Shown: in pieces, positions 9,983 to 20,194 of the stretch | How the letters are laid out: every line of letters begins with the position of its first letter | Position numbering within the stretch: position 1 is the stretch's first letter | From: an uncultured Gemmatimonadaceae bacterium | Lineage (GTDB): Bacteria > Gemmatimonadota > Gemmatimonadetes > Gemmatimonadales > Gemmatimonadaceae | Length of the DNA stretch: 64,000 bases | Direction: 5' to 3' | Assembly (NCBI GenBank): GCA_963761305.1 | Contig: CAVXGK010000001.1 | Location: 800,001-864,000 of the forward strand | Translations under genes and position numbers: made by a program | Notes under the pieces: generated by a model | What the model was told of the DNA's origin: nothing | The model's database searches: none | What the model saw: only the letters and a program-made list of their open reading frames with translations

Positions 9983-11155
9983 TTACCGCCGTCCCGCCGC
10001 GGCCGTGGCCGTCGCCTGCGGCTTGCCCGGCGTCTCACCGTCCGGCGAGATGCCGATCATCCGCTGGAGCTCCGATTGGTCGTGGCTCGCGCGCAGCACC
10101 TCGTCCAACGACACCGTCTTGCTCATATAGAGGTTGTACAGGCCGTCGTTCATCGTCTGCATGCCGTACTTCTTGCCCGACTGCATCATCGAGTAGATCT
10201 GGTGGATCTTGTCGTCGCGGATGAGCGCGCGGATCGCCGGCGTGACGACGAGAATCTCCGCCGCCATCGCGCGCCCCTTGCCGCCCACCTTCGGCAGCAG
10301 CGTTTGCGTGACGATGCCCTCGAGCGAGAACGCGAGCTGGGCGCGCACCTGCGCCTGCTGGTGGCTCGGAAAGACGTCGATGATGCGGTTGATCGCCTCG
10401 GCCGCGCTGTTCGTGTGCAGCGTCGCGAACGCCAGGTGGCCCGTCTCGGCGATCGTCAGGCCGGCCTGAATCGTTTCAAGATCTCTCATTTCGCCGATCA
10501 GCACGACATCGGGGTCCTGCCGGAGCGCGTACTTGAGCGCCCCCCCGAAGCTCTTGGTGTCCGAGCCGACTTCGCGCTGGTTGACGATGCAGCCCTGGTG
10601 CTTGTGGATGAATTCGATCGGGTCTTCGATGGTGATGATGTGACCCTTGAATTCCTTGTTGATCTTGTCGATCATCGCGGCGAGCGTCGTCGACTTGCCC
10701 GAGCCCGTGGGCCCGGTGACGAGGATCAAGCCGCGCGGCCGGTCCGACAGATCGGCGATGACCTTCGGAAGACCGAGATCCTGGAAGGTCCGGATGTTGA
10801 ACGGGATCTGACGGATGACCATCGACACGCAACCGCGCTGCTTGAAGCAGTTGCCGCGGAAGCGCGCCAGGTTCTGAATGCCGAACGAAAAATCCAGCTC
10901 GTCCTCCATCTCGAACCGCTTTTTCTGGTTCTCGGTGAGGACGGAATAGGCGATCTGCAGCGTGTCCTTCGGCTGCATGACCGTCTCGATGGCCGAGTTG
11001 GTGATGTCGCCGTCGACACGCAGCTTCGGCCGCTCGCCGGCCGTGATGTGCAGGTCGGACGCGTTCCGATCGATCATCTCCTCCAGCAGCACACGGAGGT
11101 TCACACCCGAAGGCGTGCTGGACGAAGACGCTGGGGTCGGCGCGGAGGGGCTCAT
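9983..11155 (-). CDS. pilT: Type IV pilus retraction ATPase
   Basis: ASDLHI, GPTGSGKSTT, TIEDPIE, ALRQDPDV, AETGHL, AIRALIRD, GMQTM. Confidence 0.95.
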   Translation of the reverse strand: MSPSAPTPASSSSTPSGVNLRVLLEEMIDRNASDLHITAGERPKLRVDGDITNSAIETVMQPKDTLQIAYSVLTENQKKRFEMEDELDFSFGIQNLARFRGNCFKQRGCVSMVIRQIPFNIRTFQDLGLPKVIADLSDRPRGLILVTGPTGSGKSTTLAAMIDKINKEFKGHIITIEDPIEFIHKHQGCIVNQREVGSDTKSFGGALKYALRQDPDVVLIGEMRDLETIQAGLTIAETGHLAFATLHTNSAAEAINRIIDVFPSHQQAQVRAQLAFSLEGIVTQTLLPKVGGKGRAMAAEILVVTPAIRALIRDDKIHQIYSMMQSGKKYGMQTMNDGLYNLYMSKTVSLDEVLRASHDQSELQRMIGISPDGETPGKPQATATAAAGRR

Positions 11156-11467
11156 CGGGAGGTCAGGGTGTAACTATTTGATTCGCTGCGTGAGCGGAGC
11201 CCGTCCCGAGGCGGAACCGTGCGGTTCCAGGGTTGCGGTTTCCATCCTACTAAGACGACGAACGGACGTGCGGGGTCATGCCGCCCTCTCGTACCCGGCG
11301 CCGCCTCGACGCCGGGTACGCGGCGCCGAGATCGGCGCCAGGAGCCTTCGCATACAAGTTTCGGCTTCGGGCGCGAGAAGTGTAGGCGAATCTTTGCCGG
11401 CACCATCACGAGACCGCCAGCGAGACATGAGAACTTTGTCATTGCGGCGGCCGACGAAACGGCGCCG

Positions 11468-13303
11468 CTAGCCCGCCGAGGTCTCGCGAATCATCTGCTC
11501 GGTCGTGGTGAGGCCCTTCATCACCTTGAGCCACGCGTCCATGCGCAACGTGAGCATTCCCTCCTCGACCGCCGCGTCACGAATCTCCGCCGCGCCCACG
11601 TTCTGCATGACGAGCTTCCGCAAGTGCTGCGTCATGACCATGACCTCGTAGACGCCCTGCCGCCCTTTGAGTCCCGTCCCGGCGCACGTGTCGCAACCGG
11701 CGCCCTTGAAGAAGCCCAGCTCCCCGAACGTCGTGTCGAGGCTCAGGTTGGCGAGGAACGGCACGGCCTCTTTGGTCGCCTTCGCCTTCGCGTTCGTCAG
11801 CGCCGCTTCGGTGAACCGGAGCTCTCGCATCGTCGACGTCGGCTTGACCTTGAGCGCCGCCCACTCCTCGGCGCTCGGCTGATACAGCGTGCGGCAGTTG
11901 TTGCAGATGCGGCGCACCAGTCGCTGGGCGAGCACGAGGTTGACCGCGGACGCCACGTTGAACGGCTCGAGCCCCATGTCGAGAAGACGCGTGACCGTTT
12001 CCGGCGCCGAGTTCGTGTGCAGCGTCGAAAGCACCATGTGGCCGGTGAGTGCCGCCTTGATCGCGATGCCGCCTGTTTCGAGATCTCGAATCTCGCCGAC
12101 CATGATGATGTTCGGGTCCTGTCGCAGGAACGCCTTGAGCGCCGCGGCGAACGTCATGCCGATGTCGGTGCGCACCAACACCTGGTTGATGCCGAACAGG
12201 TTGTACTCGACCGGGTCCTCGGCCGTCATGATGTTGACGTCCATCTGATTGACCTTGGACAGCGCCGAGTAGAGCGTCGTCGTCTTGCCCGATCCCGTCG
12301 GGCCGGTGACGAGCACCATCCCGTACGGATTCGACACCGCCTCCATGAGATCGCGCTCGGCGAGCGTCTCCAGGCCGAACGTCGAGAGGTCGAACGTCAG
12401 GTTGCCCTTGTCGAGAATTCGGAGCACGACCTTTTCGCCGAACAGGGTCGGGAGCGTCGACACGCGGAAGTCGATCACGCGGTTGCCCATCTTCAGCTTG
12501 ATGCGCCCGTCCTGCGGCACGCGACGCTCGGCGATGTTCAGCATCGCCATGATCTTGAAGCGCGAGATGAGCGCCGCCTTGAGCTTCATCGGCGGCTTCA
12601 TGACTTCCTGGAGCGCGCCGTCGACGCGATACCGGACGCGGATCTCGTGCTCGAAGCACTCGAAGTGGATGTCCGACGCCCCGCGCTTCACGGCGTCGGT
12701 GAGGATCGCGTTGATCAGCTTCACGACCGGCGCGTCTTCCATCTGCGCCTGGAGCGCCGCCTGCGAGACCTCGTCTTCGGTGTCCTCGACGACCTCCACG
12801 TCGCCGGCGCTTTCCAGCTCGGTGATCGTGTCCATCAGCGACGCCATCTGCTGCTCGTCCGTCGAGCCGAACACCTTCTCGATCATCGTCACCAGCGTGT
12901 ACTCGCCGGCCACCACGGGGACGATGTCGCACCGCGTGATGAATTTCAAATCCTCGAGCACGCCGAGGTTCGACGGATCGGCGATGGCGACGGTCAGCGT
13001 GCGACCCTCGCGCTTGAGCGGCAGGATGAGGTTCTTCTGCGCGAGCTCGGTCGACACCATCTTCGCGATCTTCGGGTCGACCTCGAACCGCGAGAGATCC
13101 ACGGCCGGCATCCGGTGCTGCTTCGCCAGGACCTTGGTGAGATCGAGCTCGGGCACCATGCCCATCTTCACCAGCGTGTAGCCGAGCCGGTGCCCGTTCT
13201 GCTTCTGTTCGGCCAGGGCCTTCGACAGCTGCTCGCGTGTGATCACACCCTCGCGAACGAGCAAGTCACCGAGGCGGTCTGCTGTAAGGTGCGGTGCGGC
13301 CAT
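11468..13303 (-). CDS. pilB: Type IV pilus assembly ATPase
   Basis: N-terminal MshEN-like RLGDLLV..G..T..QL..AL..Q, ASDIH, GPTGSGKTTT, TAEDPVE, LRQDP, two CxxC motifs. Start at ATG 13303. Confidence 0.95.
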   Translation of the reverse strand: MAAPHLTADRLGDLLVREGVITREQLSKALAEQKQNGHRLGYTLVKMGMVPELDLTKVLAKQHRMPAVDLSRFEVDPKIAKMVSTELAQKNLILPLKREGRTLTVAIADPSNLGVLEDLKFITRCDIVPVVAGEYTLVTMIEKVFGSTDEQQMASLMDTITELESAGDVEVVEDTEDEVSQAALQAQMEDAPVVKLINAILTDAVKRGASDIHFECFEHEIRVRYRVDGALQEVMKPPMKLKAALISRFKIMAMLNIAERRVPQDGRIKLKMGNRVIDFRVSTLPTLFGEKVVLRILDKGNLTFDLSTFGLETLAERDLMEAVSNPYGMVLVTGPTGSGKTTTLYSALSKVNQMDVNIMTAEDPVEYNLFGINQVLVRTDIGMTFAAALKAFLRQDPNIIMVGEIRDLETGGIAIKAALTGHMVLSTLHTNSAPETVTRLLDMGLEPFNVASAVNLVLAQRLVRRICNNCRTLYQPSAEEWAALKVKPTSTMRELRFTEAALTNAKAKATKEAVPFLANLSLDTTFGELGFFKGAGCDTCAGTGLKGRQGVYEVMVMTQHLRKLVMQNVGAAEIRDAAVEEGMLTLRMDAWLKVMKGLTTTEQMIRETSAG

Positions 13304-13440
13304 TGTGATCCGGAGGTAGAATGCGCCTCCAAAGTTTCGGCACGTGGGGCCGAAATCATGAAGGCGCGCTGTGGGAAGCGCGCCTCGCCGACCTGTTTCG
13401 AAAAGACGATTTGCACGCGGGCCACGGCACGGGCCAACGC

Positions 13441-14481
13441 TCAGTCGCCGCTCACGCCTTCCCAAAGACCCTGGAGATACATCGCGCCGAGCGCACGGTC
13501 GTACAGACCGTATCCGGGACGACCCGTCTCTCCCCAAATCATCCGGCCGTGATCGGGCCGCATCGGTCCCGTGTAGCCGACGTCTCTCAGTGCACGCATG
13601 ACGTCCAGCATGTCGATGCTGCCGAACGCCGAGGGATGCGGGCTCTCGTGAAAACGGTGCTCGCCCGTGCGCTTGACGTTGCGACAGTGCATGAAATGGA
13701 TGCGACCGGCGCGGCCAAGATCGTGAATGATCGCCGGCAGGTCGTTGGTCGGATCGGCGCCGAGGGAGCCAGTGCAGACGGTCACTCCGTTCGCGGGGTC
13801 GGGCACCAGTTTCGTGATTCGCTCGAGGGCGGCGCCGGTCGTGACGATGCGCGGCAGACCGAAAATGCTCCACGGCGGATCGTCGGGGTGAATGGCCAAA
13901 CGCACGCCGACCGACGCAGCCACGGGCACCACGCGCTCGAGGAAAAACGCGAGATTCTCCCAGAGTTGCTCCGTGCTCACGCGGCGATACGCGTCGACGA
14001 GCTCTTGGAGTTCTGCGGCGTCATAGGCGGCGGCCCATCCCGGGAGATGGCGTGTCCCATAAGAAAGGTCGACGCGCGCCAGCTCGTCGTCGTCGAAGGC
14101 CAGCGCGGTCGAGCCGTCGGGAAGGCGCAGGGCCAGGTTGCTGCGCATCCAGTCGAAGACCGGCATGAAGTTGTAGCAGACGACCGGCACGCCGATCGCG
14201 GCGACCTGTCGCAGACTCTCACACCACGCGTCGGTGAGTCGCTCGCGCGTCGGTCGACCGAGCTTGATGTCCTCGTGGACCGGAATGCTCTCGACCACCG
14301 CGAGCGAGAGCCCGGCGGCGCCGACTTGCTCGGCCAGTCGTTCGAGCGAGACATGGGGCCAGGGGTCGCCGACGGGGGTGTCGTACAGAGCGCTCACCAC
14401 GCCGGTCACGCCGGGGATCTGGCGGATGTAAGCCAGGGGTGTCGGGTCGGTAGGGCCGAACCAGCGGAAGGTCATCTTCAC
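13441..14481 (-). CDS. uxuA: Mannonate dehydratase
   Basis: (M)KMTFRWFG, VVESIPVHEDIK, CYNFMPVFDW, HPDDPP, RPDHG, PGYGLYDRALG. GTG start. Confidence 0.96.
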   Translation of the reverse strand: MKMTFRWFGPTDPTPLAYIRQIPGVTGVVSALYDTPVGDPWPHVSLERLAEQVGAAGLSLAVVESIPVHEDIKLGRPTRERLTDAWCESLRQVAAIGVPVVCYNFMPVFDWMRSNLALRLPDGSTALAFDDDELARVDLSYGTRHLPGWAAAYDAAELQELVDAYRRVSTEQLWENLAFFLERVVPVAASVGVRLAIHPDDPPWSIFGLPRIVTTGAALERITKLVPDPANGVTVCTGSLGADPTNDLPAIIHDLGRAGRIHFMHCRNVKRTGEHRFHESPHPSAFGSIDMLDVMRALRDVGYTGPMRPDHGRMIWGETGRPGYGLYDRALGAMYLQGLWEGVSGD

Positions 14482-14531
14482 GCGAGGCCTCTGGCGCGAG
14501 TGGGCACGAGTGCACAGGTTAAGGACTGCGA

Positions 14532-14550
14532 ATGTTCGTTGCCCGAACAA
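14532..14550. promoter_or_regulatory. Candidate operator copy 1 (ATGTTC-N7-GAACAA) upstream of uxuA
   Basis: ATGTTCGTTGCCCGAACAA; same spacing as the copies at 14719 and 48552. Confidence 0.65.
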
Positions 14551-14718
14551 AATCGCCAACGTGACGCGGGCAGTGCGCGAATGTGACGAATCGTAGCGCT
14601 GGTCACGTTGATAGGAGAGTGTTCTTCCGTGTTTTTTCGCTGGGCAGTCGGTGGTGGCGGGTGCAGGACGTCCGGTCGTCAGTGCCCATCGCGAGCTTCG
14701 GCTCGCGTCTCTTGGCCT

Positions 14719-14743
14719 CTTTTGTTCGTATAAAGAACAAAAG
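14719..14743. promoter_or_regulatory. Candidate operator copy 2 (CTTTTGTTC-N7-GAACAAAAG) upstream of susC
   Basis: Perfect 9-bp AT-rich inverted repeat in GC-rich DNA, 32 bp before the susC ATG. Confidence 0.75.
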
Positions 14744-14775
14744 CCCGTTCGACCCCTTCCGAAGGAGAACGCCGC

Positions 14776-17700
14776 ATGCTCTCGACGCGAGTGCTCGCCC
14801 GTCTCGCACTCCTCCCCGCCCTCGTCGCGGCCGCCGCCACGGCAGCGGCACAAGGCTCGGGCGGCCGCATCACCGGTCTGATCACCGACCGCACGGCGGG
14901 CGCGCCGATCTCGAACGTCTCGGTCACCATCGTCGGCACCGAGCTCGGCGCCCGCACCGGCGCCGATGGCAAGTACACGATCAACGACGTTCCCCCCGGC
15001 GCCAAGCGAGTCCGCGCGGCGCGCATCGGCTACGCACCCATCGAGCAGCCGATCACCGTTGCCGCCGGCCAGACGGCGACGCTCAACCTCGCGCTCTCCG
15101 CGGCGTCAGTCACGCTCGACCAGATGGTCGTCGTCGGCTATGGCGCGCAGCGGCGGTCCGACCTCACCGGGTCGGTCGCCTCGGTGACGCCGAACGTCTC
15201 GCAGACGCCGACGCTCTCGCTCGAGCAAGCGCTCCAAGGGGCGGCGCCTGGCGTGATGGTGACGCAGGCGTCGTCGGCGCCCGGCGGCGCCCTGTCGGTT
15301 CGCATCCGCGGCGGCTCGTCGGTCACCGGCAACAACGAGCCGCTCTACGTCATCGACGGGTTCCCGATCGAGAACAATCCCGACGCGCAGAATCCGAGCG
15401 ACGGCGGCCGAGACGCGACGACGACGGTGCCCTCCGATCCGCTGGCGGCGCTCAATCCCGCCGACATCGAATCGATCGAGATCCTGAAGGACGCATCGGC
15501 GACGTCGATCTACGGCGCGCGCGGCGCGAACGGGGTCATCATCATCACCACGAAACACGGCCAGACGGCGCGCCCACTGTTCACGCTCGACACGTACAGC
15601 GGCAACCAGACCGTGGCCCATCGTTATAACCTGCTCGATGCGTCGGACTTTGCGAAGTTCGTGAATGACTGGTCGGTGAACAACGGCACGGGCGTCGTCT
15701 TCGCCGACCCGGACACGCTTCCCAACACTGACTGGCAGTCGTTGATCTTCCGGTCCGCTCCGGTAACCAACCTGCAACTCGGTCTCTCCGGCGGCGGCGC
15801 GGGCGAGAACGCGACGCACTACGCGCTCTCGGGCGGCGTCTTCCAACAGCAGGGCGTCGTCATCAACTCGGCGTTCAAGCGCGTCTCGCTGCGCGGTAAT
15901 CTCGACCAGAACATCGGCAGCCGCGCTCGGGTCGCCAGCACGGTCATGGTCGCCCGCGTGAACACGAACTCCGTGCCGACCGACGGTTCGCTCAACGCCG
16001 GCGCCGGCGCCGTTGGCGCGGCGATCGACTACTACCCGATCCTCCCCGTGCGCCAGCCCAACGGCGCGTACACGCTGATGGGTCAGAACAACCCGGCGTC
16101 GGTGCTGACGCCGACGAACATCCCGAACCCGGTGTCGATGGCGGCCGACGTGACCGACAAGCTCAACGACACGCGCGTGCTCGCGAACGCCTTCGGAGAA
16201 TTCGATATCGCCAGCGGGCTCAAGTTCCGCACGAGCCTCGGCGGCGATCTCTCGAACCGTTCACGCGACACGTACTACCCGCGCACGACGCTCATGGGGT
16301 CTACGCCGACGAACGGCTACGCGAAGACCGGAAGCACGCAGAATACGAACTTCCTCAATGAAAACACGCTGTCGTACGACCGCTCGTTCGGTACGACGCA
16401 CCAGATCGACGCCGTGGCGGGCTACACGCGGCAGCAGAACGATCTCGTCGTTGGCACGGTCCAAAACAGCAACTTCGTGAGCGACATCGACGTCTTCGAG
16501 AACATGGGTGCCGGCACGCAGACCGGCGGTCCGATCGTGACCTCGGGACACTCGCGGTGGACGCTCGCGTCGTACCTCGGACGTCTCAACTACACGTTGG
16601 CGAATCGCTACCTCTTCACGGTCACGGGCCGTGAAGACGGCTCGTCGCGCTTCGGCGCCGACCACCAGTGGGGCTTCTTCCCGTCGGCGGCGTTCGGGTG
16701 GCGCGTGTCCGACGAGCCGTTCATGCAGAAGTTCTCGTCGATCGAGTTGCTCAAGTTTCGCGCGTCGACCGGCCTGGCCGGCAATCCATCGATTCAGCCG
16801 TACCAGTCGATGGCCCATCTGCTCCCGCAGCAGTACACGTTCGGCGGCAGCGTGGTGCCCGGCTACTACCCGTCGTCGATCGGGAATCCGAATCTCGGCT
16901 GGGAAACGACGCGGCAAAACGACTACGGCGTCGACCTTGGACTGTACGGCGGCCGAGTGAGCTTCACGGGCGACATCTATCAAAAGAAGACGACGGATCT
17001 CCTGCTCGCCGTGAACCTGCCGTTCGAGAGCGGTTTCGGGACGGCGCTGCAGAACCTCGGCGCGGTGAGCAACGACGGTTTCGAGCTGGGTCTCACGCTC
17101 ACCGTGCTCGACGCGCGTCAGCGATCCTTCGGTTGGACGACGACCTTCAACTACTCGCACAACAAGAACCGAGTCCTCGACCTGGGCGGCGTCTCGCAGA
17201 TCTTCGCCAACAGCGTCAACAGCGACCTCAAGCTGCTCGGATCGCTCATTCAGGTCGGCCAGCCGCTCGGCGTCTTCTATGGATACAAGACGAGCGGCAT
17301 CATCCGCGACTCGGCGGCGGCGGCGGCGTACACCGCGAAAGTGAAGCCGCTCAGCGGCACGACCTGGCATCCCGGCGACATCATGATCGTCGACGTTGCC
17401 GGCGTGCCGGTCAACGGGCAAGCAACCGGTCCGGACGGCCAGATCACTCCGGATGATCGCACGATCATCGGCGACCCGAATCCGAAATTCAACGCGGGCT
17501 GGCAAAACCAGTTCACGCTCGGCCGCTTCCGACTCAGCACGCTGATGGACGCGACGTATGGCAACAAGATTCTGAATCTCAACGACGTGCGGCTGGATCA
17601 AGGGAGTCCCGGCACGAACATCATCTCCGACCGCTACTTCGATGCGTGGACGGCGAGCAACACCGGCGCCGATTTCCCGCGCATCAACTTCACGCCGGGC

Positions 17701-17985
17701 ACGATCGGATCGGACATCACGAGCGATCTGCTCGAGGACGGATCGTACCTGCGGCTTCGCAGCGTCACGCTCGACGCGCAGGTGCCGGAGCGCTTGCTGG
17801 CGCGCTACGGCTTGTCGAACACGCGGGTGTACATCACCGGCACGAATCTCGTCACGTGGACGCACTACAGCGGATTCAATCCCGACGTGAGCAGCCTCGG
17901 CATCGGCAACGTGAACCGAGGCGTGGACGTCGGGCAGTATCCGCTCGCGAAGGGCGTCACGATCGGCATCAACATCACTTACTGA
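14776..17985 (+). CDS. SusC/RagA family TonB-dependent transporter
   Basis: Signal peptide, carboxypeptidase-regulatory-like N-domain, VVVGYG, PLYVIDG, IESIEILKDASATSIYGARGANGVIIITTK, NPNLGWE, C-terminal aromatic residue. Confidence 0.96.
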   Translation: MLSTRVLARLALLPALVAAAATAAAQGSGGRITGLITDRTAGAPISNVSVTIVGTELGARTGADGKYTINDVPPGAKRVRAARIGYAPIEQPITVAAGQTATLNLALSAASVTLDQMVVVGYGAQRRSDLTGSVASVTPNVSQTPTLSLEQALQGAAPGVMVTQASSAPGGALSVRIRGGSSVTGNNEPLYVIDGFPIENNPDAQNPSDGGRDATTTVPSDPLAALNPADIESIEILKDASATSIYGARGANGVIIITTKHGQTARPLFTLDTYSGNQTVAHRYNLLDASDFAKFVNDWSVNNGTGVVFADPDTLPNTDWQSLIFRSAPVTNLQLGLSGGGAGENATHYALSGGVFQQQGVVINSAFKRVSLRGNLDQNIGSRARVASTVMVARVNTNSVPTDGSLNAGAGAVGAAIDYYPILPVRQPNGAYTLMGQNNPASVLTPTNIPNPVSMAADVTDKLNDTRVLANAFGEFDIASGLKFRTSLGGDLSNRSRDTYYPRTTLMGSTPTNGYAKTGSTQNTNFLNENTLSYDRSFGTTHQIDAVAGYTRQQNDLVVGTVQNSNFVSDIDVFENMGAGTQTGGPIVTSGHSRWTLASYLGRLNYTLANRYLFTVTGREDGSSRFGADHQWGFFPSAAFGWRVSDEPFMQKFSSIELLKFRASTGLAGNPSIQPYQSMAHLLPQQYTFGGSVVPGYYPSSIGNPNLGWETTRQNDYGVDLGLYGGRVSFTGDIYQKKTTDLLLAVNLPFESGFGTALQNLGAVSNDGFELGLTLTVLDARQRSFGWTTTFNYSHNKNRVLDLGGVSQIFANSVNSDLKLLGSLIQVGQPLGVFYGYKTSGIIRDSAAAAAYTAKVKPLSGTTWHPGDIMIVDVAGVPVNGQATGPDGQITPDDRTIIGDPNPKFNAGWQNQFTLGRFRLSTLMDATYGNKILNLNDVRLDQGSPGTNIISDRYFDAWTASNTGADFPRINFTPGTIGSDITSDLLEDGSYLRLRSVTLDAQVPERLLARYGLSNTRVYITGTNLVTWTHYSGFNPDVSSLGIGNVNRGVDVGQYPLAKGVTIGINITY

Positions 17986-18002
17986 GCGAGGAGACGAGAC
18001 CA

Positions 18003-19574
18003 ATGCGCAATCGCATGAAGACCGTCGGCACGCTCGGGTTTCTGATCATCGCCCTGGCCTGCAACGACAAGCAGTTCCTGACCGAACAGCCGTTCGACTT
18101 CATCGGCCCGACGAATTTTTACCGGAACTCGGGCGACGCGCTCGCCGCGATCAACGGCGTCTACGCCGATTTCATCAACAGCACGGGCGACAACTACTAC
18201 GGCCGCAATCTCGTCATGCTCGTCGAGTTCCCGACGGAGATGTACACGACGCGCCTCTCGGCGACCAATGAACGCAGCCAGCCGGACAACTACTCGATTC
18301 CCGTCAACCACTCGTACGTGCAGTCGGTGTGGCAGTCGGCGTACGACGCGATCAATCGGGCGAACTCGGTCCTCGACAACGTGCCGAAGATCGACATGGA
18401 CACGGCGCTTCGCTCGCGCATCATCGGCGAGGCGAAGTTCCTGCGCGCCACGCACTACTTCAACCTCGTCCGTCTGTTCGGCGGCGTGCCGATCAAGGTT
18501 CACGCGACGGCGGGCCTCGACAGCCTGTCGATTCCCCGCAACACGCCGCAGGAGGTCTACGCGCTGATCGAGCAGGACCTCAAGGACGCGATCGCGGCGC
18601 TCCCGTCCGCGAAGACGTACACGTCCGCGGATGTCGGACGCGCGTCGAAGGGTGCGGCCAAGACGCTGCTCGCCAAGATGTACCTGCAGCGCGCCGGGAC
18701 GGGCGTCGGAACATCGGCCGACTGGCAGAGCGCGCTCACGTATGCCGAGCAGGTTCAGTCGGACGGGGACTACTCGCTGGTGAGCGACCCCATGACGTTG
18801 TACGACTTCTTCGGTGGCACGGTGAACGAGCGCAACAGCGAGGTGATCTTCGACGTCGAATGCATTCGCGCGCCGGGACTCGGCGGCCGCATCTCGTCGC
18901 ACATGGCGGCCAACGCGACGGCGCCGTTCCTCGGCGCGTCGACGAACGGATCGTTCGAGGCGGAGAGCATCTGGTTCCACACCTTCCTCCCCAACGACAA
19001 GCGCCGCGCGGCCACGTTCGTGTTCTCGTGGAACAAGGGCGGCACGATCGTCACGTGGGACGAGACCAAGACGGCGACGCAGCCCTACGCCAGCGAGACG
19101 CCGTTCCCGCGCAAGTTTCTCGACATTCTCATGACGGGCACCGGCGCCGAGGAGCCGAACTACATCATTCTTCGTTACGCCGAGGTGCTGCTGATGATCG
19201 CCGAGGCGTCGAACGAAGTGAGCGGTGGCCCGACCGCCGAGTCATACACGGCGATCAACGCGATCCGCACGCGCGCCGGCATTCAGGCAATGACGCCGGG
19301 TCTGAGCCACGATCTCTTCCGCGACTCGGTATTCAACGAACGTCGGTGGGAGCTGTCACTCGAGGGTCCGAACGGCTACTTCGACAGCCAGCGGAACTGG
19401 GCGTGGTCGAAGGCGCGCATCGAGGCGAGCATGGCGCACGCGAAGTCGAGCACGAGCAAGTTCCCGAAGGCGAACAACGGGCCGATTCCGGACAAGTACA
19501 AGCTGATGCCGATTCCGCAGCGGGCGATCGATCTCAATCCGGCGTTGGCGGGGCACCAGAATCCTGGCTGGTAG
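18003..19574 (+). CDS. SusD/RagB family glycan-binding lipoprotein
   Basis: Lipobox ALAC; GEAKFLRA.HYFNLVRLFGGVP, RYAEVLL..AEA, ERRWEL..EG, PIPQ..ID.NP, NPGW. Confidence 0.95.
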   Translation: MRNRMKTVGTLGFLIIALACNDKQFLTEQPFDFIGPTNFYRNSGDALAAINGVYADFINSTGDNYYGRNLVMLVEFPTEMYTTRLSATNERSQPDNYSIPVNHSYVQSVWQSAYDAINRANSVLDNVPKIDMDTALRSRIIGEAKFLRATHYFNLVRLFGGVPIKVHATAGLDSLSIPRNTPQEVYALIEQDLKDAIAALPSAKTYTSADVGRASKGAAKTLLAKMYLQRAGTGVGTSADWQSALTYAEQVQSDGDYSLVSDPMTLYDFFGGTVNERNSEVIFDVECIRAPGLGGRISSHMAANATAPFLGASTNGSFEAESIWFHTFLPNDKRRAATFVFSWNKGGTIVTWDETKTATQPYASETPFPRKFLDILMTGTGAEEPNYIILRYAEVLLMIAEASNEVSGGPTAESYTAINAIRTRAGIQAMTPGLSHDLFRDSVFNERRWELSLEGPNGYFDSQRNWAWSKARIEASMAHAKSSTSKFPKANNGPIPDKYKLMPIPQRAIDLNPALAGHQNPGW

Positions 19575-19628
19575 GAGCGGGCGAACTTGCAGGTGTCGAA
19601 GACATGGCAAGGCAAGAGGGAAAGGAGA

Positions 19629-19673
19629 GGCAAGGCAAGGCAAGGCAAGGCAAGGCAAGGCAAGGCAAGGCAA
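19629..19673. repeat. Pentanucleotide microsatellite (GGCAA)9
   Basis: Nine perfect units, plus two more at 19606-19615, just downstream of susD. Confidence 0.95.
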
Positions 19674-20194
19674 GAGGCGCTGGCGCGAGTTGTGATCGCC
19701 GGCGCCTCTCGCTTGAGAGGCATGGCCGTCTGGGCGCCGCTCTGCGCTCGGGGCGAGGTTGTCGCACATTATATAGCGAGTCTTCGCAGCATAAGATGCT
19801 CGACGCCGTCTGAGCTCCGGCGCCCAACCTCGTGGCTTTGGTAGGTTTCCTTGCGAGCGACGGTGATCGGGGTTCACGTTATCTAGCGTTCGACTTGCAG
19901 CCTTTTACGCAATATTGCTATATAAGCTCGCTGAATATCCTTACTGCATAATCTCGCTGTAGAATTGGCGTTAGGTGGCCACGAGCATTCTCTTAGATAC
20001 AGTGACACCACGAGTTCGGTCACGCCGGCGTAGTTGTTCCATAGTGGGGATCGCGGCGCTAGTTGGATGTGCCAGTCTCCGGCCAAGGGTGCGCGCTGCG
20101 GACTGAGAGGTGGCCTAACGAATTGAGACAGGTTAGGCGGCTGGGATAAGTGGAAGGGCGCGGGGTGAAGGGATTCGCAGTTCGGGCAGGTGGT

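Noticed and set aside
11156..11467. Riboswitch (for example c-di-GMP) between pilB and pilT
   Set aside because: Hairpins are present, but I could not match any riboswitch consensus by eye. An Rfam cmscan would be needed.
19710..19750. LRGMAVWAPL resembling the IntI C-terminus (RGG.GVRSPL)
   Set aside because: Too short and weak; no upstream tyrosine recombinase motifs.
20113..20138. GCCTAAC...GTTAGGC resembling attC core sites
   Set aside because: Only 26 bp long, lacks L boxes, and lies within the IS3 terminal repeat.
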